NCBI GenBank assembly: GCA_951406725.2
Contig: OX597825.1
Span: forward strand, 41,850,001 to 41,914,000
From: Octopus vulgaris
Lineage: Eukaryota
Reading direction: 5' to 3'
DNA: 64,000 nucleotides
Shown here: in pieces, positions 25,101 to 39,052 of the stretch
Layout of the letters: every line of letters starts with the position of its first letter
Position numbering within the stretch: the stretch's first letter is position 1
Translations under genes and position numbers: made by a program
Notes under the pieces: generated by a model
Seen by the model: only the letters and a program-made list of their open reading frames with translations
Databases searched by the model: none
Told to the model about the DNA's origin: nothing

Positions 25101-25902
25101 TTTGGTTGAAGAACTGTGAAACAGTCCAAGTGGTGGTGGGGCCCTGCTGGATGAGTGACCAGGGAAAATATAGAAAGATGCTGTAAGGGCTGTTCTCCTG
25201 TTGCTGATCTCACAAAATTGCTGAGAGGCCACAACAAATCCAATGCATGCAGGTTAGGGAAAAACAGTTGAGAAAACAATTGTAAAATGATGAAGCTGAT
25301 GGCAACAGTGGCGATGATGATGATGATGATGATGACAAGAAGAATGAGGAGGAGGACAATGACAATGAGAATGTTGCTAATGTTGAGGATTGCATTTCTT
25401 CTTATAAAATCAATTTTAAGTTCTTTGACATAATTGCTAAGATAAGAAGTAGGATAAATTTTTAGAAGTACTTTATAAAGATGGAAAAATACTCAAATCT
25501 TCTTTTTATATATGTCTGCTTACAACTGAATCAAAGATAAAACTTAATGTTTTTCTTACCATAATTTAGATAACTGATGAAAAATAATTTTTCAGTCGTG
25601 TCTTTAAGTGTGAGCTAGTATCTTGGCAAGCATATTTTAAATGTAAAACTCTGGTCTATAGAAAACATCAATAGTTTTTATGAGTTTGAATGTAGAATGG
25701 GTGAGAAAAGGCATTTACCACATTCTATTTTCCAGAATACAGAATCAGCAAAGAAAGAAGGTAAGTAGAACATAGATATCATAGTTAATTAACAACCTGG
25801 AAACACTTGGTAGATGAATATTGTGACCTGCTTAACATGTAACATTAACTGAGATGGATGCACCTTTTCAGAGCTGGAGACAATATTTTGTCTAAAAATA
25901 TA

Positions 25903-26320
25903 TGTGGCTGTGTGGTAATAAGCTTGTTTTCTTACCACATGGTTCTGGGTTCAGTCCCACTATATAGCACCTTGGGCAAGTGTCTTCTACTATAACCTCG
26001 GATCATCCAAAATCCTTGTGAGTGGATTTGGTAAACAGAAACTAAAAGAAGCTCATTGTATGTGTGTATGTGAGTGCGTGTGTGTATGTCTGTCTGTCTG
26101 TCTGTGTCTGTGTTTGTCCCCTGTCACTGCTTGACAACTAGTGTTGGTGTGTTTATGTACCCATAACTTAGTGGTTCTGCAAAAGCGATTGATAGAATAA
26201 CTAGCTGACTCAAAAGAAAAAATAGTACTGGGATCAATTTATTCAACTAAAAATTCTTAAAGGTGGTGCCCCAGCATGGCCACAGTTTAATGATTGAAAC
26301 AAGTAAAAGATAAAGGATAA
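25903..26320 (+). mobile_element. tRNA-derived SINE with CORE-like segment, internal TG/TCTG microsatellite and gtaaaaga-type tail
   Basis: gtggctgtgtggtaa A-box, gggttcagtccc B-box, gcaccttgggcaagtgtcttctac; colinear with 39200-39625. Confidence 0.85.
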
Positions 26321-27539
26321 AAAATTTGAAGTGTATTAAAACTTGATACTGTAATGTTTACCAAAATATGCAAATAAATAAAGTACTATCTCTGTCATAT
26401 CTGGACTATGATTTATTGATGGCTAAAAGTTTTCATAATAATGGCTGAATAATAGCCTGGAAATAGAAATACAATGACTATAAGGAAAGGTTAAGAAACT
26501 ATTGATCTCAAGCATATGAGTTTAATGATCTTTTATTGAATCTCTCTGAAAAGCAATTTTTAACTTGTTTTACTTATCTGAATATCAGATTCTGATCCTA
26601 ATTCACAATTGAGTAGTTAACAATATAGAAGGCGCTCAACTGTAAAACCAATAACTAAAATATCTCAACTATGAAGAAAGGGAATAACCAATATAAAGTA
26701 GCTTGAAGTAATGAATATTTATTTCAGTTTAAAAAAGAGAAAAGAATTTTAATTTCCCATTGATGGGAATTTTACATAACTAAAACTATTTTGCATGCAA
26801 GAAAGGAAGGGAGACAAGCAGAGAAACCCAAATGAGTTGATAGCTCTTTTGTCTTTCACAAAGTTTATAAAATTGAATTAATCTATCTTGAAATACAGGA
26901 AATGACAACATAATAAAATATAAGATATATTCACACTCGTTTAAAATTATGTCATATATTTTTAGACAATTATCCTGATCTGAAATATCCTCTATCCTTA
27001 ATTACAATATTCTATCACACAAGCATAGACAGAAAATTGATTATGGACACCAGCTGTGTAAAAGCTCTGTTTCTCACAATAAATGATTAACATTTTAATT
27101 AACTGAATTTCTTCTGACTTAATTCATTAACATATTAAAGTGGCAGATGTATCCATCTCATGCACATCCAGCTTAGCATTTTTGTACCAAGTTAATCTGA
27201 GCAAACAATTCCAATCTCATACAATAGATATAGACTTAAGGTTTTAAACAAAATATTGAGAGAGGGAAGAAGAGAGAGAAAGAGGGAGGGAAAGAGAGAG
27301 GGAGAGAGAGAATAGGAGAGAAAAACACATGGCTTTCTATGAATTGTTTCTAAAAGAATTTCAAGTAAAATGCAAATATACACTTTAGCAACATCTTATA
27401 ATCAGATTTTATAATTAAAATTTGACAAAAATTATTCTGTTCATTTATTATCAATTCAGTTGTATAATATCATATGCTAAACTGTTGATAATCTCTAACT
27501 TTAAATACTACTATGTGAGAAGTAGAGGGTGAAGTGTGT

Positions 27540-29220
27540 TGGTGTGCGACTTCAAGACAATTAGTCAAGCGGGCTTACTTGAATGAAGTCTAGGATGTTT
27601 ATTTGTGTATCTGTAGCACCATTCCAGGTGAGGAAGCAACACTCAGTCATAGGTCTTATCTGAACTTTGTTGCAGGTTAGTTAATGCAGAGAGCTGAAGT
27701 ACATATTAATGGTACACATGCAAACACATGTGAGTGACTGCATCACACAGATGCACATGTGTATATGTACCATCATCCTGATGGATGCAAAGCGTTCCAG
27801 TGCCTGAGGTAGCTGTTCAGACAAAGGTAGTATAGAATGACTAGAAGCATTTATTGCAGTAGAGGGTTGGTGGGGAACAAGGAAGTGTGAGTTGCTTTTT
27901 GTGTCTTTGATATCTGACCCCTGCCTCTTGATGTTCGTTATTTTCCATCTGGTCCATTCCCTCAACGATGACAAGCCACCACTTTGGGTGGTCCTTAGTG
28001 ATTGTCTCTCAGGTATTTGAGTGGTGTCGTGCCATGGTATCTTCAGTGCTGGGAAATCTGGTCTGAAGCAGAACCTCTTCATTGGTAATATAGTTCTTCC
28101 ATTGAAACCTCATGATTGCATAAACTCTCTGCTGTTGGAAATATTCAATGTTTTCAAGTTATGTTGATACAATACTTACATCTCACTGCTGTAGAAAAGT
28201 CTGGAACAGATGACACCTCAGAATAACATATTTTCATAAAGATGGTGAGGTTGTATTTTAGGAAGTCATATTTTGAAAGTTTTCCAAAAGTACTTATCTT
28301 ATTCATGATGTCTTTCTGAATGATGCAATCACTGAACAGGTAGCCTCTGAGGTATTGGAATGCCTCCATTTTTTCAGGACAGTGCCAAATACCTTTATGT
28401 CACTGGTGTCAAGGAGTGGCTGGGGGCTCCCTGTGCAAGAATCTTTATTATTATGTTTATGGTCAGACCAAAGTGGGTTCATAGCCTCTTGGAGATTGGA
28501 AACTGAGTGCATGGAACGGCATTACCATCAACATAATGCAGGCCACATGCTTTGGCCAAGGTGGTAAGTCTATGGGTTCTGAAGTAGGTGATATTGAAAA
28601 GTCCTCTGTTCATTCTGTAATGGATGTTTAAACCAGGAGCCAGATCAGTGATCTGAGGTAGAAGGAAAACAAAAAGGGAATGTTCAGACTAGTCGTAAGG
28701 AACCTGAGAAAGTGTTCTTGGCAATGACCCAACCAGACATTCTATCATGTAGGGCCTGTATGAGGCTTGTAAAGTGGTCAAAACATCTGAAACATTTCAG
28801 GGTGGCCCACATAGCAGGTCTTGGTATGCTGTCAAAAGCCTTTTCCAAGTCCTAAGATACAAAAAGTAGTCGCTTTCTCTGCTCTTGGGCCTTTCCTTGG
28901 AAAAAGCAGACACAAAAGACCATATTGATGGTACCATAGGTGGGATAGGAAGCTGTACTATGCCTCTGAGATAATTTCATCAGCCACAAGCACTAATCTA
29001 TCTAACAAGATCCTGGCAAAGACCTTTCCATCGATACTGAGTTGGGAGATGCCATGATAGTTTCCCCAGATTGCCCGGTCTCCCATCTTGAAAACTGTAA
29101 TGATGGTCACATCTTTAAGGCATGCAGTTACAGCCCCTGCCACCCACATGTACCAGATAAACATATACAACCTGGTCTTCACAGTTTGTCCACCATGAGA
29201 GAAAATCTTTTCACATAAAA
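27540..29220 (-). mobile_element. RTE-clade LINE ORF2 (RT to 3' end), decayed
   Basis: KDVTIITVFKMGDRAIWGNYHGISQLSIDGKVFARILLDRL; DLEKAFDSIPR; FQYLRGYL. Confidence 0.9.
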
Positions 29221-29270
29221 CTTTTGGTTGCCTTGTTAACCCACAAATAAAGTATATATAATGATGGTGA

Positions 29271-29272
<2 letters not shown>

Positions 29273-29341
<69 letters not shown>

Positions 29342-29385
29342 TACAGACTGACTGATAGATAGACAGACAGTCAGATACATAGATA
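29273..29385. repeat. (TA)n(GA)n(GAYA)n compound microsatellite
   Basis: Direct inspection. Confidence 0.95.
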
Positions 29386-29538
29386 GTTGTTGAGGTGATA
29401 TAACAACAGTGACAGTGGGTAAGAAGAATTGCCACAAAATGAGCATCATGATACAAATATGTTAGGGTCTCAGTTATAAACAATAGTGAATTACAAGTAT
29501 TTCAAACATAAATGTATGTATGGCATTGTATCCATTGT

Positions 29539-29573
<35 letters not shown>

Positions 29574-30015
29574 TGTTTTTAAGTTGGCTTTTCTGTGCTA
29601 ATGTGGGTTGGAGAGAATTTTGTTGATGTGGATTTTCTGTTATCAGATGTTATTCCTGTTATCAATCCAAGACAGGTAATATTTACCCATGACCAGACAT
29701 GTTTCCATGAAAGATTGGAAATATAGAACACTGCTAGCATGATAGTGACACATTTTTACAACAGTCATATGAAGTCAATGGAAGGAGACATTAACACTCA
29801 CACACATACACAAATATTTAGTCATACTGAAAAATATCATTCAGTCCGTTAAACTAGCTCTTTGGCAGCTTGGAATGTAGACTGAATTGAATAGTTTTGT
29901 CTTTTTGTAAGAGTTATCAAACATCACTTAGTTCTACCTTCCAAGCTGTGAATAAGTAGATAGCATAAAAGCTATTTACTAAATTATAAACAGTATCAAT
30001 ATTATAACTGGAGTT

Positions 30016-30430
30016 AAGGCAGAGAGGTGGCAGAATCATTAGCAGATTGAGAAAAATGCTTAGTGGCATTTTGTCTGTCTTTGCATTCTGAGTTCAAATT
30101 CTGCTGAGGCTGACTTTTCTTTTCAACCTCTCAGGGTCAATAAAATAAGTACCAGTTGAGTAAAGGTGTCGATGCATTCGACTTACCCTTCCTCCGAAAT
30201 TGTTGGCCTGGTGCCAAAATTCGAAACCAATATTATGATTGGAGTTGAGGCAGTGAGCTGGCAGAATCATTAGCATGCCAACCAAAATATTTAGCAGCAT
30301 TTCATCCATCTTTGCATTCTGAGTTCAAATTCTTCCAAGGTTGACTTTGTTTTCCATCCTTTTGCTCTGTGTGTGTGGGGGAGAGGTCTTTGCTTGGGAT
30401 TGTTGGCCTTGTGCCAAAATTTGAAACAAA
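30016..30430 (+). mobile_element. Two tandem Nin/Deu-core SINE copies (second internally deleted)
   Basis: Heads at about 30017 and 30248, each ending gtgccaaaatt(c/t)gaaac. Confidence 0.85.
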
Positions 30431-30449
30431 ATATTATGACTGAAATTAT

Positions 30450-30800
30450 AGCCATGTAGCTGAGAGGTTTGCTTTGCAACCACCTAGTCTTTGGGTTAGT
30501 CCCATTGGGTAGTGGTTTGGGTAAGTGTTTTTGTCAATAACTTCAGGCTTTATGAGTAAATTTGGTAGAAGGAAACTGTTAAGAAGCTCATCTTCTGTGT
30601 GTGTGTGTGAGGTTGCAAGAGCCAGTCTTTATGACTGCCTTTACTCTGACACAGTCTGCTGCAAAACAGTGCCTGTGTTTATGTCTCATAACTTAAAAGG
30701 GTGACAGAGGTCACCAAAATAAATACCATAAATGCAAAACTTTAAAATAAGTACCTAGGTTGATATTATGGCAGCAAGCCAAGCAATGAAAGTAAAATAA
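30450..30800 (+). mobile_element. Degenerate CORE-like SINE
   Basis: Colinear with 25903-26320 including the internal TG tract. Confidence 0.6.
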
Positions 30801-30984
30801 TATGAATATTACTACATACATATAAATGTATATATGAACCACACTATATACTTACTGTAAGTATGCCATGTATAACGCAGCAAATCTAACAATATATGTA
30901 GCATTAATATTCCTTACCTTTTCACAATTAGATTTAGGACTAGAAATGCTTGAGTATACATTTATGCCTAATACAGGATCTATG

Positions 30985-31170
30985 CTGGAGATGCATGGAT
31001 TAATGTTTAGGGTGTTGCAGACATGATTGTAAAATTGTGGTTTCAATTCCTGGACTGGGCAACCCATTGTGGTCTTCAGTAAAACACTTCATTTCATGTT
31101 GTTCCAGTCCCCTTAGCTCAAAGATGAATAATCCTTCAACAGACCAGTATTCCATTGAGATGAAAATATA
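30985..31170 (+). mobile_element. Degenerate tRNA-derived SINE (third family)
   Basis: ggtttcaattcctggactggg B-box-like head; related copy at about 55810-56000. Confidence 0.5.
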
Positions 31171-34100
31171 AAAGTCACAGAATCCAAGAAACTAACCTTA
31201 TGAGCTGGTTTCCCAAATTCATGGCACAGGAATGACCGCTGATACTTTTTATTAATTTTTTTTTTTTTTTGACAAGTTCTTTGGGAATTAGTTTCACTTG
31301 ACAATGAAAACTGGCAAGCTGATATGTCTTACCAAGAATTTTCATATCACTTGCTATGATATGCAAGTATTATAGAATGTACATATATTTTCATTTGTAG
31401 ATTGTTGTGCGAGTGTGGTGGGGGTGCATACTGAAACTGAAAAAGATGAGTGAAAAAGGGAGAAAGAAACTAATGGGGAATGAGAAGCATAGCTGAAGAG
31501 AGAGAGAGAGAGAAGGAGAAAGAGAGAGGGAGAGAAGGAGAAAGATAGATAGATAGAGATAAAAAGAGAGAGAGAGAGGGGATAGCAAGATTGCTCTTGA
31601 CAGAGGTAGGGACCCTAACATGTTTAATATGCTAAGTCACTTAGAAAGAGCATACAGTACAATATCTAACCTATAGATTAGAGAAATAAATAACTATTTT
31701 GTCTGTGTGTTAGCTTTGTTTTTATGCATGTCATAGTTCCATTTTCATTTGATTGTTAATTTTATATTGATTAAACATAAGAAAAATATTGAGAAATAAT
31801 AAGAAATAACTGACTGTTGATCTCTCCTATTTAATCTGATAAATATTGTCTGATTTTTAAGAATAACATTCTTTAATTTCGATTTCATTTTTGTAACAAG
31901 AAATTTTACGCTTAAAACAGCATATCAGTAAACAACTGATTAGTTGTGCTTATTGTATTCTAACATTAAATTATTACTATTTTCAACTTTACGATATCTA
32001 AACAGGGAGATAGAGTATAGGAGATTTTGTTCAGAAACAACATGGCTCTAGTGATGAGAGAAACATTTACAGTTGTATTTAATCTGTCAATAAAGATACT
32101 AAATATATATGAATAAGAATCAATGCTGAGTAAATGGTTGCAATTGACTCCACGTCTTTCTGCATTAACTACTTTGCTTCAGTCACTGACTCAAATACAG
32201 GAATGAGACAGACAAATATATTTTTTTATATCCCCTATCTGAAATAGTCTGTTTTAAATGTAACATAGATGTATGCTCTCTGGCAATCAATGTTTACAAT
32301 TTCTTTTAAAAATGCCATCTCTGCTTTCTAATTCTCTCTTTCAGTTTAACTTAGGAGCTGTCAGATTATCACCTAAGCCATGACTATTCTTGAGATGTTT
32401 CGAAAGTTTGAAATATTTTTTGCTATTAGTATTTTCAAATAAGTACATTAATAAGAAAATTACTTTGGAACTATTTGTATCTCAAGGGAATTAGATATTG
32501 GCTTTAATATTAAGAATTGAAAGAAAACTAAGCCATATTTTCTTCTGTTACTTCACTGTCACCTTCATCAGACTTCCATACACCAAAAATATATTTATAT
32601 CAAGGAGATATTAATTCCTCATCCAATTTTTTTAAAAGAATTCATAGGAATACATTTTTATTGCCCTTGAAGAACTAATAATGATTCTATTAAAATGAAT
32701 GTGTACAGCTCTCATGGGGCCAGGAAATGTATTTAAATGAATCAATGAATTTCATAGAAATAGCATTTATATTCAATGCATGAGGATAAAAAGTAAATGA
32801 CTAGATATGTGCTTGATAGCTATTTCTGACATTATCTACGAAACATGACAAGATGGTAGTAATTTTACAAAGAGAAAAGAAACATTCTGATAGTAGAAGA
32901 GAGAAATAAATGTCCAAGTTTCTGTTACTTGCTGGTTATACCATACACATACATTTATCTGATAATGACCAGAAATGCAACAGGTCTGTATTTTTTTATA
33001 TATATATTGATAAATAGGAACAAAAGCAGAAAAATAATTATTATAGTTCACCAAAACTCTGGTATGATCAGTAATAGCATCTTGTCAGTAGTATTTGAGG
33101 GAGAGGGGCAGAGAAATGAAGATACATTAGATTATATAATTTTTAGTAATAACATTTTGTCTTTAACCTGAAAGAAATATATTCATTAATATTCATTGAT
33201 AGAAAAAACTTTTACATTATATTAATTTGCCAAATTCCATGGTTTGAGCATTTCCTTTCTGTTTTTATTTATTCACATCTCTATCTTATCTATCTATATG
33301 CACACACACACACATGTTTGTACACATATATATGCGTGTGTGTGTGTATGTACATATATATATGAGTGTGTGTGCATGTGTGTGTGTATTTGTATTCTTA
33401 CCTTACTGTTCTTTGGTCTTAACCATTATGAGACATTTACTAAGTGTCTTAGACAGTATCATTTTAGGTTATCAGATAACGAAATTATACCTCACAGAAA
33501 AAAATACATCAATTCTTGCATTATCTTTAAAAGATCTGATTTGTCATCAATTACGAAAATTGGTAATATTATCAAATTCACTTAAGTGTGACTGAATGCT
33601 AGTTGAGTGCAAAAACCTATTCCAGTAATAAGCTATTTTTCTTGTAATACTCTTTCTTAATATGAACAATGAAAACTAATAAGTAAGCCAAAATATACGC
33701 ACAAAACAGTATTTTAGCACATTTAAGAGAAATGTTAGCAATCATCTTTGACTTGATATATATGATCGAAAGAGTACTTCTATATCAGTGCATCAAATTT
33801 TGTAGATTTTATTAACAGCTTTTTATTTTTATTTTTGTCCTTAATAATTTTGCTATCTCTGTAATGATTTTCTTGCTCTATAGATAATTATAACATTGTA
33901 ACACCCAGGAAGTATTTCAGGATTACATCTTTATAACGTATCTGCATAGCAAATTCATGTATTATGGAAAAGTGGCACATATTCTGCATAAGTTTGCAAA
34001 GGTGTCAGACTTCACAATGAAATCTCTCATCATTTCTATACCATCATCAGTATTCTTTTGTATTCAAAGTCAGTATATTTTAGCTGCTAAATGGTTCAGT

Positions 34101-34410
34101 CTACTGAGATGTAAATAGATACTATAGACTGGAACCCATTCATTGCCGCAAGTATATGTTGCTCTATGTCATTGGCAAAATATTGGTAAGCTTCTAGTGA
34201 TCAAACTAATTCCTCTTATTTCTGTGAATGAGAATGGGAGGAAATGGTTTTAATAAATTGACTTTCCCGAGATATGCTACACAAAAATATATGTTACAAC
34301 TAATGACCTCCATCCTAATTAATTAAAAGTTACAGAGACATGCAATTTCAGTTCATGTTGCACTTATTAAAACCAGCTTCTTTTATAAATATATATAACA
34401 TTAATGCAAA

Positions 34411-34670
34411 AGGTGGTGAGCTGTCAGTGTCGATAGCATACTGGGTAAAATGGTCTTTTACTTTTTTACTCTTTTACTTGTTTCAGTCATTTGATTGCAG
34501 CCATGCTGCAGCACCGCCTTTAGTCGAGCAAATTGACTTCAAGACTTATTCTTTGGAAGCCTAGTACTTATTCTATCGGTCTCTTTTGCCGAACTACTAA
34601 GTGACGGGGACATAAACACACCAGCATCGGTTGTCAAGCAATATTGGGGGGGACAAACACAGACACACAA
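34411..34670 (-). mobile_element. SINE 3' half (reverse) next to a short SINE head fragment
   Basis: 34455-34670 is the reverse complement of 39410-39620. Confidence 0.8.
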
Positions 34671-34681
34671 ACATATACACA

Positions 34682-34762
<81 letters not shown>

Positions 34763-34786
34763 GCATATATATACATATATATATAT

Positions 34787-34829
<43 letters not shown>

Positions 34830-34845
34830 GCATATTTATGTATGA
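34671..34845. repeat. (CATA)n(CA)n(TA)n compound microsatellite
   Basis: Direct inspection. Confidence 0.95.
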
Positions 34846-35499
34846 GTTACTGGACATTCTGTGAACATTTAGATATAGAGAGGTTAGAATTTAAAATGTA
34901 TTTATTTTCTACAGAGTAAGAAGTTAGTTGATTCTCTTAATATATGCTTATGTTGCAGTAGATAATATGCCTTGACTTCTTTGATGCAAGTTAGGAATTC
35001 ATTGATTAGTCTGCTTAGTTTACTTTATTAAAAGATTTTTTATTTTAGTAAAGATAGATTAAAAACTATAATTGAATTGAATTAATAATTCTGAAATTAG
35101 TTCCAAGGCTGAGATACATATTTATAAAAGCAGCTAATTTCAATAAGACTAGTAAAATCTGGAATTAGAACTTTATTGAAAATTCTACAACTTGGACACT
35201 AATTAGTGGTTTAAGGAATCAGTGATTGATGCAAAATAATCGATTTTGTACAGCACAAAAATAAAGTTCTTGAAAACTTTATATGTTTCCATCATTAAAT
35301 TTTCTTTTTCTTTTAGTGTGTAGGTAACAAACTGTCATGTAACAATCATCATAGCATTTTTTCAATTTTATGAATAACTGAGAAGAATTTAGATCTTGTG
35401 TTACTAACTCTCTTAAGTAAGCCTGTAGAGCAAGAATATTACTGTGGTTTCTGCAACAGATGTAAACCAGTACACTTAATATTCAGTCTTTAGTAAATA

Positions 35500-36180
35500 G
35501 TACTTAACTTCCACAAGTAAATTGGCAATTTGCATCCCACATTTATAGATCTGATAAAAGTGTTTAATCTTGTCAACAGATTTCATTGGAAGATAATGAA
35601 ATCTATTTGTCTTGACAAATGTGTTAGGATAATTAGGAATTTTCATGATGGCATGATATCCTAGATATAATGGTAATGAGAATCTAAATGTGAGAAAGTC
35701 TTAAACAGGGCTATGCTTTCGTAGCATTATTCTATTCAGAGCAATTTCCATTGATACTTTCTCAGATAGCCATCTTTGCATTCAAATCAAGTATTGAACT
35801 GATAAAAAAAATACTTTACAACTTCCAAAGCCTACAATTTGTTGCATAAAGGAAATGTATTCCAATATCTGAAACTGATATGTAATTAGCTATCAAGAGG
35901 TTTTCAATAGTTTTGCTTTGAACACACCATAAACACAGTAAAATCAGAAGTGATCTTTCAGCTTAACCAACAAGCAGCATTTTAAATCAAGAATAGCTTA
36001 TAAAAATAACATATCTTATGTAAATCCCTTGAACAAGAAGATAAATTAAATTTCAGTATGGTTAAAGAAAGCAACAATTGTCTGTCAAAAGCCATTTCAC
36101 CATTTGGGAAATTGTAATCAAATGTACTACTGATATGAAATGAAAGATGACTGATCTTTTATGAAATACCAAACATGTCT
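35500..36180 (+). mobile_element. Very old RTE RT fragment
   Basis: FIDLIKVFNLVNR..WKIM..RIIRNFHDGM and KQGYAF relic motifs. Confidence 0.6.
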
Positions 36181-36989
36181 TTTATAGTGTTCATTTAGCA
36201 CAACAAGGATGCTCTCAAAACTCAGTAAATTTATTGACAGCTATGTAGCAGGTAAAGAAATTTGTCTGTATGGTCATGAGTTCAAGTTATAATACTACAA
36301 CTTTGGCTAAGTGCTTCTGTAAAGAGCACAAAATTATTTGTCTCTGGTTTACAAACAAATTCTTCTTCTGTTTTAGAGTTGCATGTTTATCAGAAAACAG
36401 AACATCTTAAAGTAATAGCAAGTTCTCAAACAATATACAACTGCCCAAATTCTCTCTCAACCATTAACTCGGAGGACGTAATTTAAACTGTAACAGAAGT
36501 AATAGCAGAATCTGAAGAAAAATGGGATGTGGAACAGTAGGGAGATTAGACAGATTTTATATTCTGTTATTCTTTTACTGGCTTTCATCATTGGATTGTG
36601 GTTGTGCAGGAGTAAAACCCTCAAAAGTTGTAATTGATTATATTTATCTTTGTAATTGTGTTAGAATGATACTTAGTTTAATGATCTCTATTTGTTGAAG
36701 GTTCATTACAGAACATAGAAAATTACCACACAGACAACAGTGCTTGTTTTCAGATTGATGTAAACATAAACACAGACACACACAGATATATCATCATTAT
36801 CATCATCAATTTCATGACAATTAGCAAAACAGTATAGTTCAACACACACTTTAATTATAAAATACCTTCATGAACTTGGGAAAATGTCTAAATTGGTCAG
36901 ATGGTCTCTCATCATCTGACTACTTCTCTGCTTAATCAAAAAGTTGCCTTTTGCTCATCATTGATGATAAGTGGGTTCTCTTTTAACAT

Positions 36990-37260
36990 CATCATAATCA
37001 TCATCATCATTAGCATTATTTAACAGCCATCTTAAATGCTGGCATGGGTTGGATGGTTTGAGAGGAGCTATTTAGGCAGAAGACTGCACCAGGCTTCACT
37101 ATCTGTTTTGGCAAAGTTTTTACGGCTGGATGCCCTTCCTAACACCAACCACTTTACAGTGTGGACTGGATGCTTTTTATGTGAAACCAGCAGTGGCAGG
37201 GTCATACTTTCAGTATCCTTTCAGTATTTGATGTCTTCAACATTGTTTACCTCACTGTGA
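36990..37260 (-). mobile_element. RTE 3'-UTR-derived repeat
   Basis: ggctggatgcccttcctaacaccaaccactttacagtgtggactgg, as at 19545-19600. Confidence 0.75.
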
Positions 37261-37334
37261 GCTCTATGTTATTGTACTTAGACATTTCTGATATGCCTTG
37301 ATTGTAATGAAATCTTATAACTAAACTGTAGATG

Positions 37335-37770
37335 TCATCATCATCATTTTAAGTTCTTATTTCTGTGCTTGCATGGGTAAAATGAAATCTGTTGAGCAGA
37401 TCTTCTACAGCCAAATGCCCTTTCAATTGCCAACCCTCACATGTTTTCAGCCAACATAATATTCCCAATAACTAGACATGCTTTCACAGAAGATTGGATA
37501 TAAAGGATGACACTATTTGCATGATGGTGAGTTTCACATACAAGTAACACATGAAGTTAAAGGAAGGAGACAGTAACACACAAAATACATACATACAAAT
37601 ATATTCAATGGGATTCTTTCAGTTTCCATCTGCCATAATCCACTCACAAGCTTCGGTTGGCCCAGGGGTACAGTAGAAGACACCTGGTTGAAGTGGCATT
37701 CAGTGGAACTGAACCTAAGACCATGTGGTTTGGAGGCTAACTTCTTACCACACAGCAACACCTGTGCCTA
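37335..37770 (-). mobile_element. CORE-like SINE head joined to an alternative 3' tail
   Basis: Reverse-strand head at 37610-37768 matches 39200-39360; tail matches the 1612-1830 family. Confidence 0.7.
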
Positions 37771-37813
37771 TATATATATATATATATATACACATATATA
37801 TATATATATATAT

Positions 37814-37883
<70 letters not shown>

Positions 37884-37955
37884 CATACATACATACATAC
37901 ATACATACATACATACATACATACATACATACATACATACATAGAGAGAGAGAGC
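37770..37955. repeat. (TA)n(TAGA)n(TACA)n(GA)n compound microsatellite
   Basis: Direct inspection. Confidence 0.97.
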
Positions 37956-38023
37956 GAGAAAGAGGGGTGCTACCTAGCACATCAGTCACAATCAGTGACA
38001 ACTGAATTTTTCCTTTTTGATTT

Positions 38024-38059
<36 letters not shown>

Positions 38060-38172
38060 TACACATATATAAATGTAGGGCTAAGCAAGTTAGACAGATC
38101 AATAAAGTTTTACTATATCAATACATGAACTACAAGACATATTTACAAAAAAAATTTATGTTATATATTATA

Positions 38173-38570
38173 CTAGCAGTATAATCCGGCCTTGCCCGGG
38201 ATTAAGTTACGATTATTAAGCTAATCAAGTTCTTTATTTAAAATCAAACTAAGTAACATAGATGTCAAATTTGGGTGAAATCCGTTGAAATAAGTTATAT
38301 ATATTATATATATATATAATATAATATGAATATATATGAGCAACAGACACGAACACACATACACACACGTACGTACGTACACCTATTGCATGGTTTGTGC
38401 AAGCTTACATGTTCATAAACAGAAATGAATGGAAAAAATGTTGTTAAATTTGTAGATTAACACTTGCATGATTTTCACTAAAGTATATATACTACGATTA
38501 TAAAATATAGTGTCTTTCAAAAACAAAAAACAAAACATTTTGCATTTTATTTTTTATGAACGTCATAACT

Positions 38571-38615
<45 letters not shown>

Positions 38616-39052
38616 TCTCACTTTGTCTTTCCCGTGAAACTCTCTGCTTCCTTCTTCCACTTTTCTTTATCATATTGTTTTTTGTTAGACACTGGCAAAA
38701 AAGCTAAGGCTGTTTATGAATGTTGTCATTTACTCTCTGTCTCTCCCTCTCTCACTTTGTCTTTCCCGTGAACCTCTCTGCTTCCTTCTTCCACTTTTCT
38801 TTATCATATTTTTTTTGTTAGACGCCATCAAAAAAGCCAAGGCTGATATTTTTCGTGGCTAAAAGCTATGTCTGAAAATAGATATTTATGCTACCCACGG
38901 GTCCCTTGGGGAAAAAAATAAGATGACAAAACCCAGATAGGATGTTGACAAATGTCCTCCTAAAATTGGAGCGACATGTATGCTAATTTGTGGATGTGCG
39001 TAAATTACAATCATGTACACACGCACACGCATCCTCCCTTTTATAGATATGA
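38173..39052 (-). mobile_element. Non-autonomous Helitron, copy 1
   Basis: Minus strand begins TC(atatctataaaa), ends with GC-rich hairpin (38182-38204) then CTAG|T; internal microsatellites and an internal duplication of about 130 bp. Confidence 0.78.

Noticed and set aside
25570-25605. CTGATGA followed by a short inverted repeat
   Set aside because: No GAAA or stem III; simple AT-rich hairpin.
25903-25975. tRNA-like heads as tRNA genes
   Set aside because: Only A/B-box similarity, no cloverleaf, and each continues into a SINE body.
32325-32410. Strong splice acceptor-like site (ttctctctttcag at 32344)
   Set aside because: No matching donor or open frame found downstream.
32528-32578. Minus-strand CTGATGA-A-GGTGAC..GTAACA-GAAGAAAATAT
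   Set aside because: Stems II and III need too many corrections to support a call.
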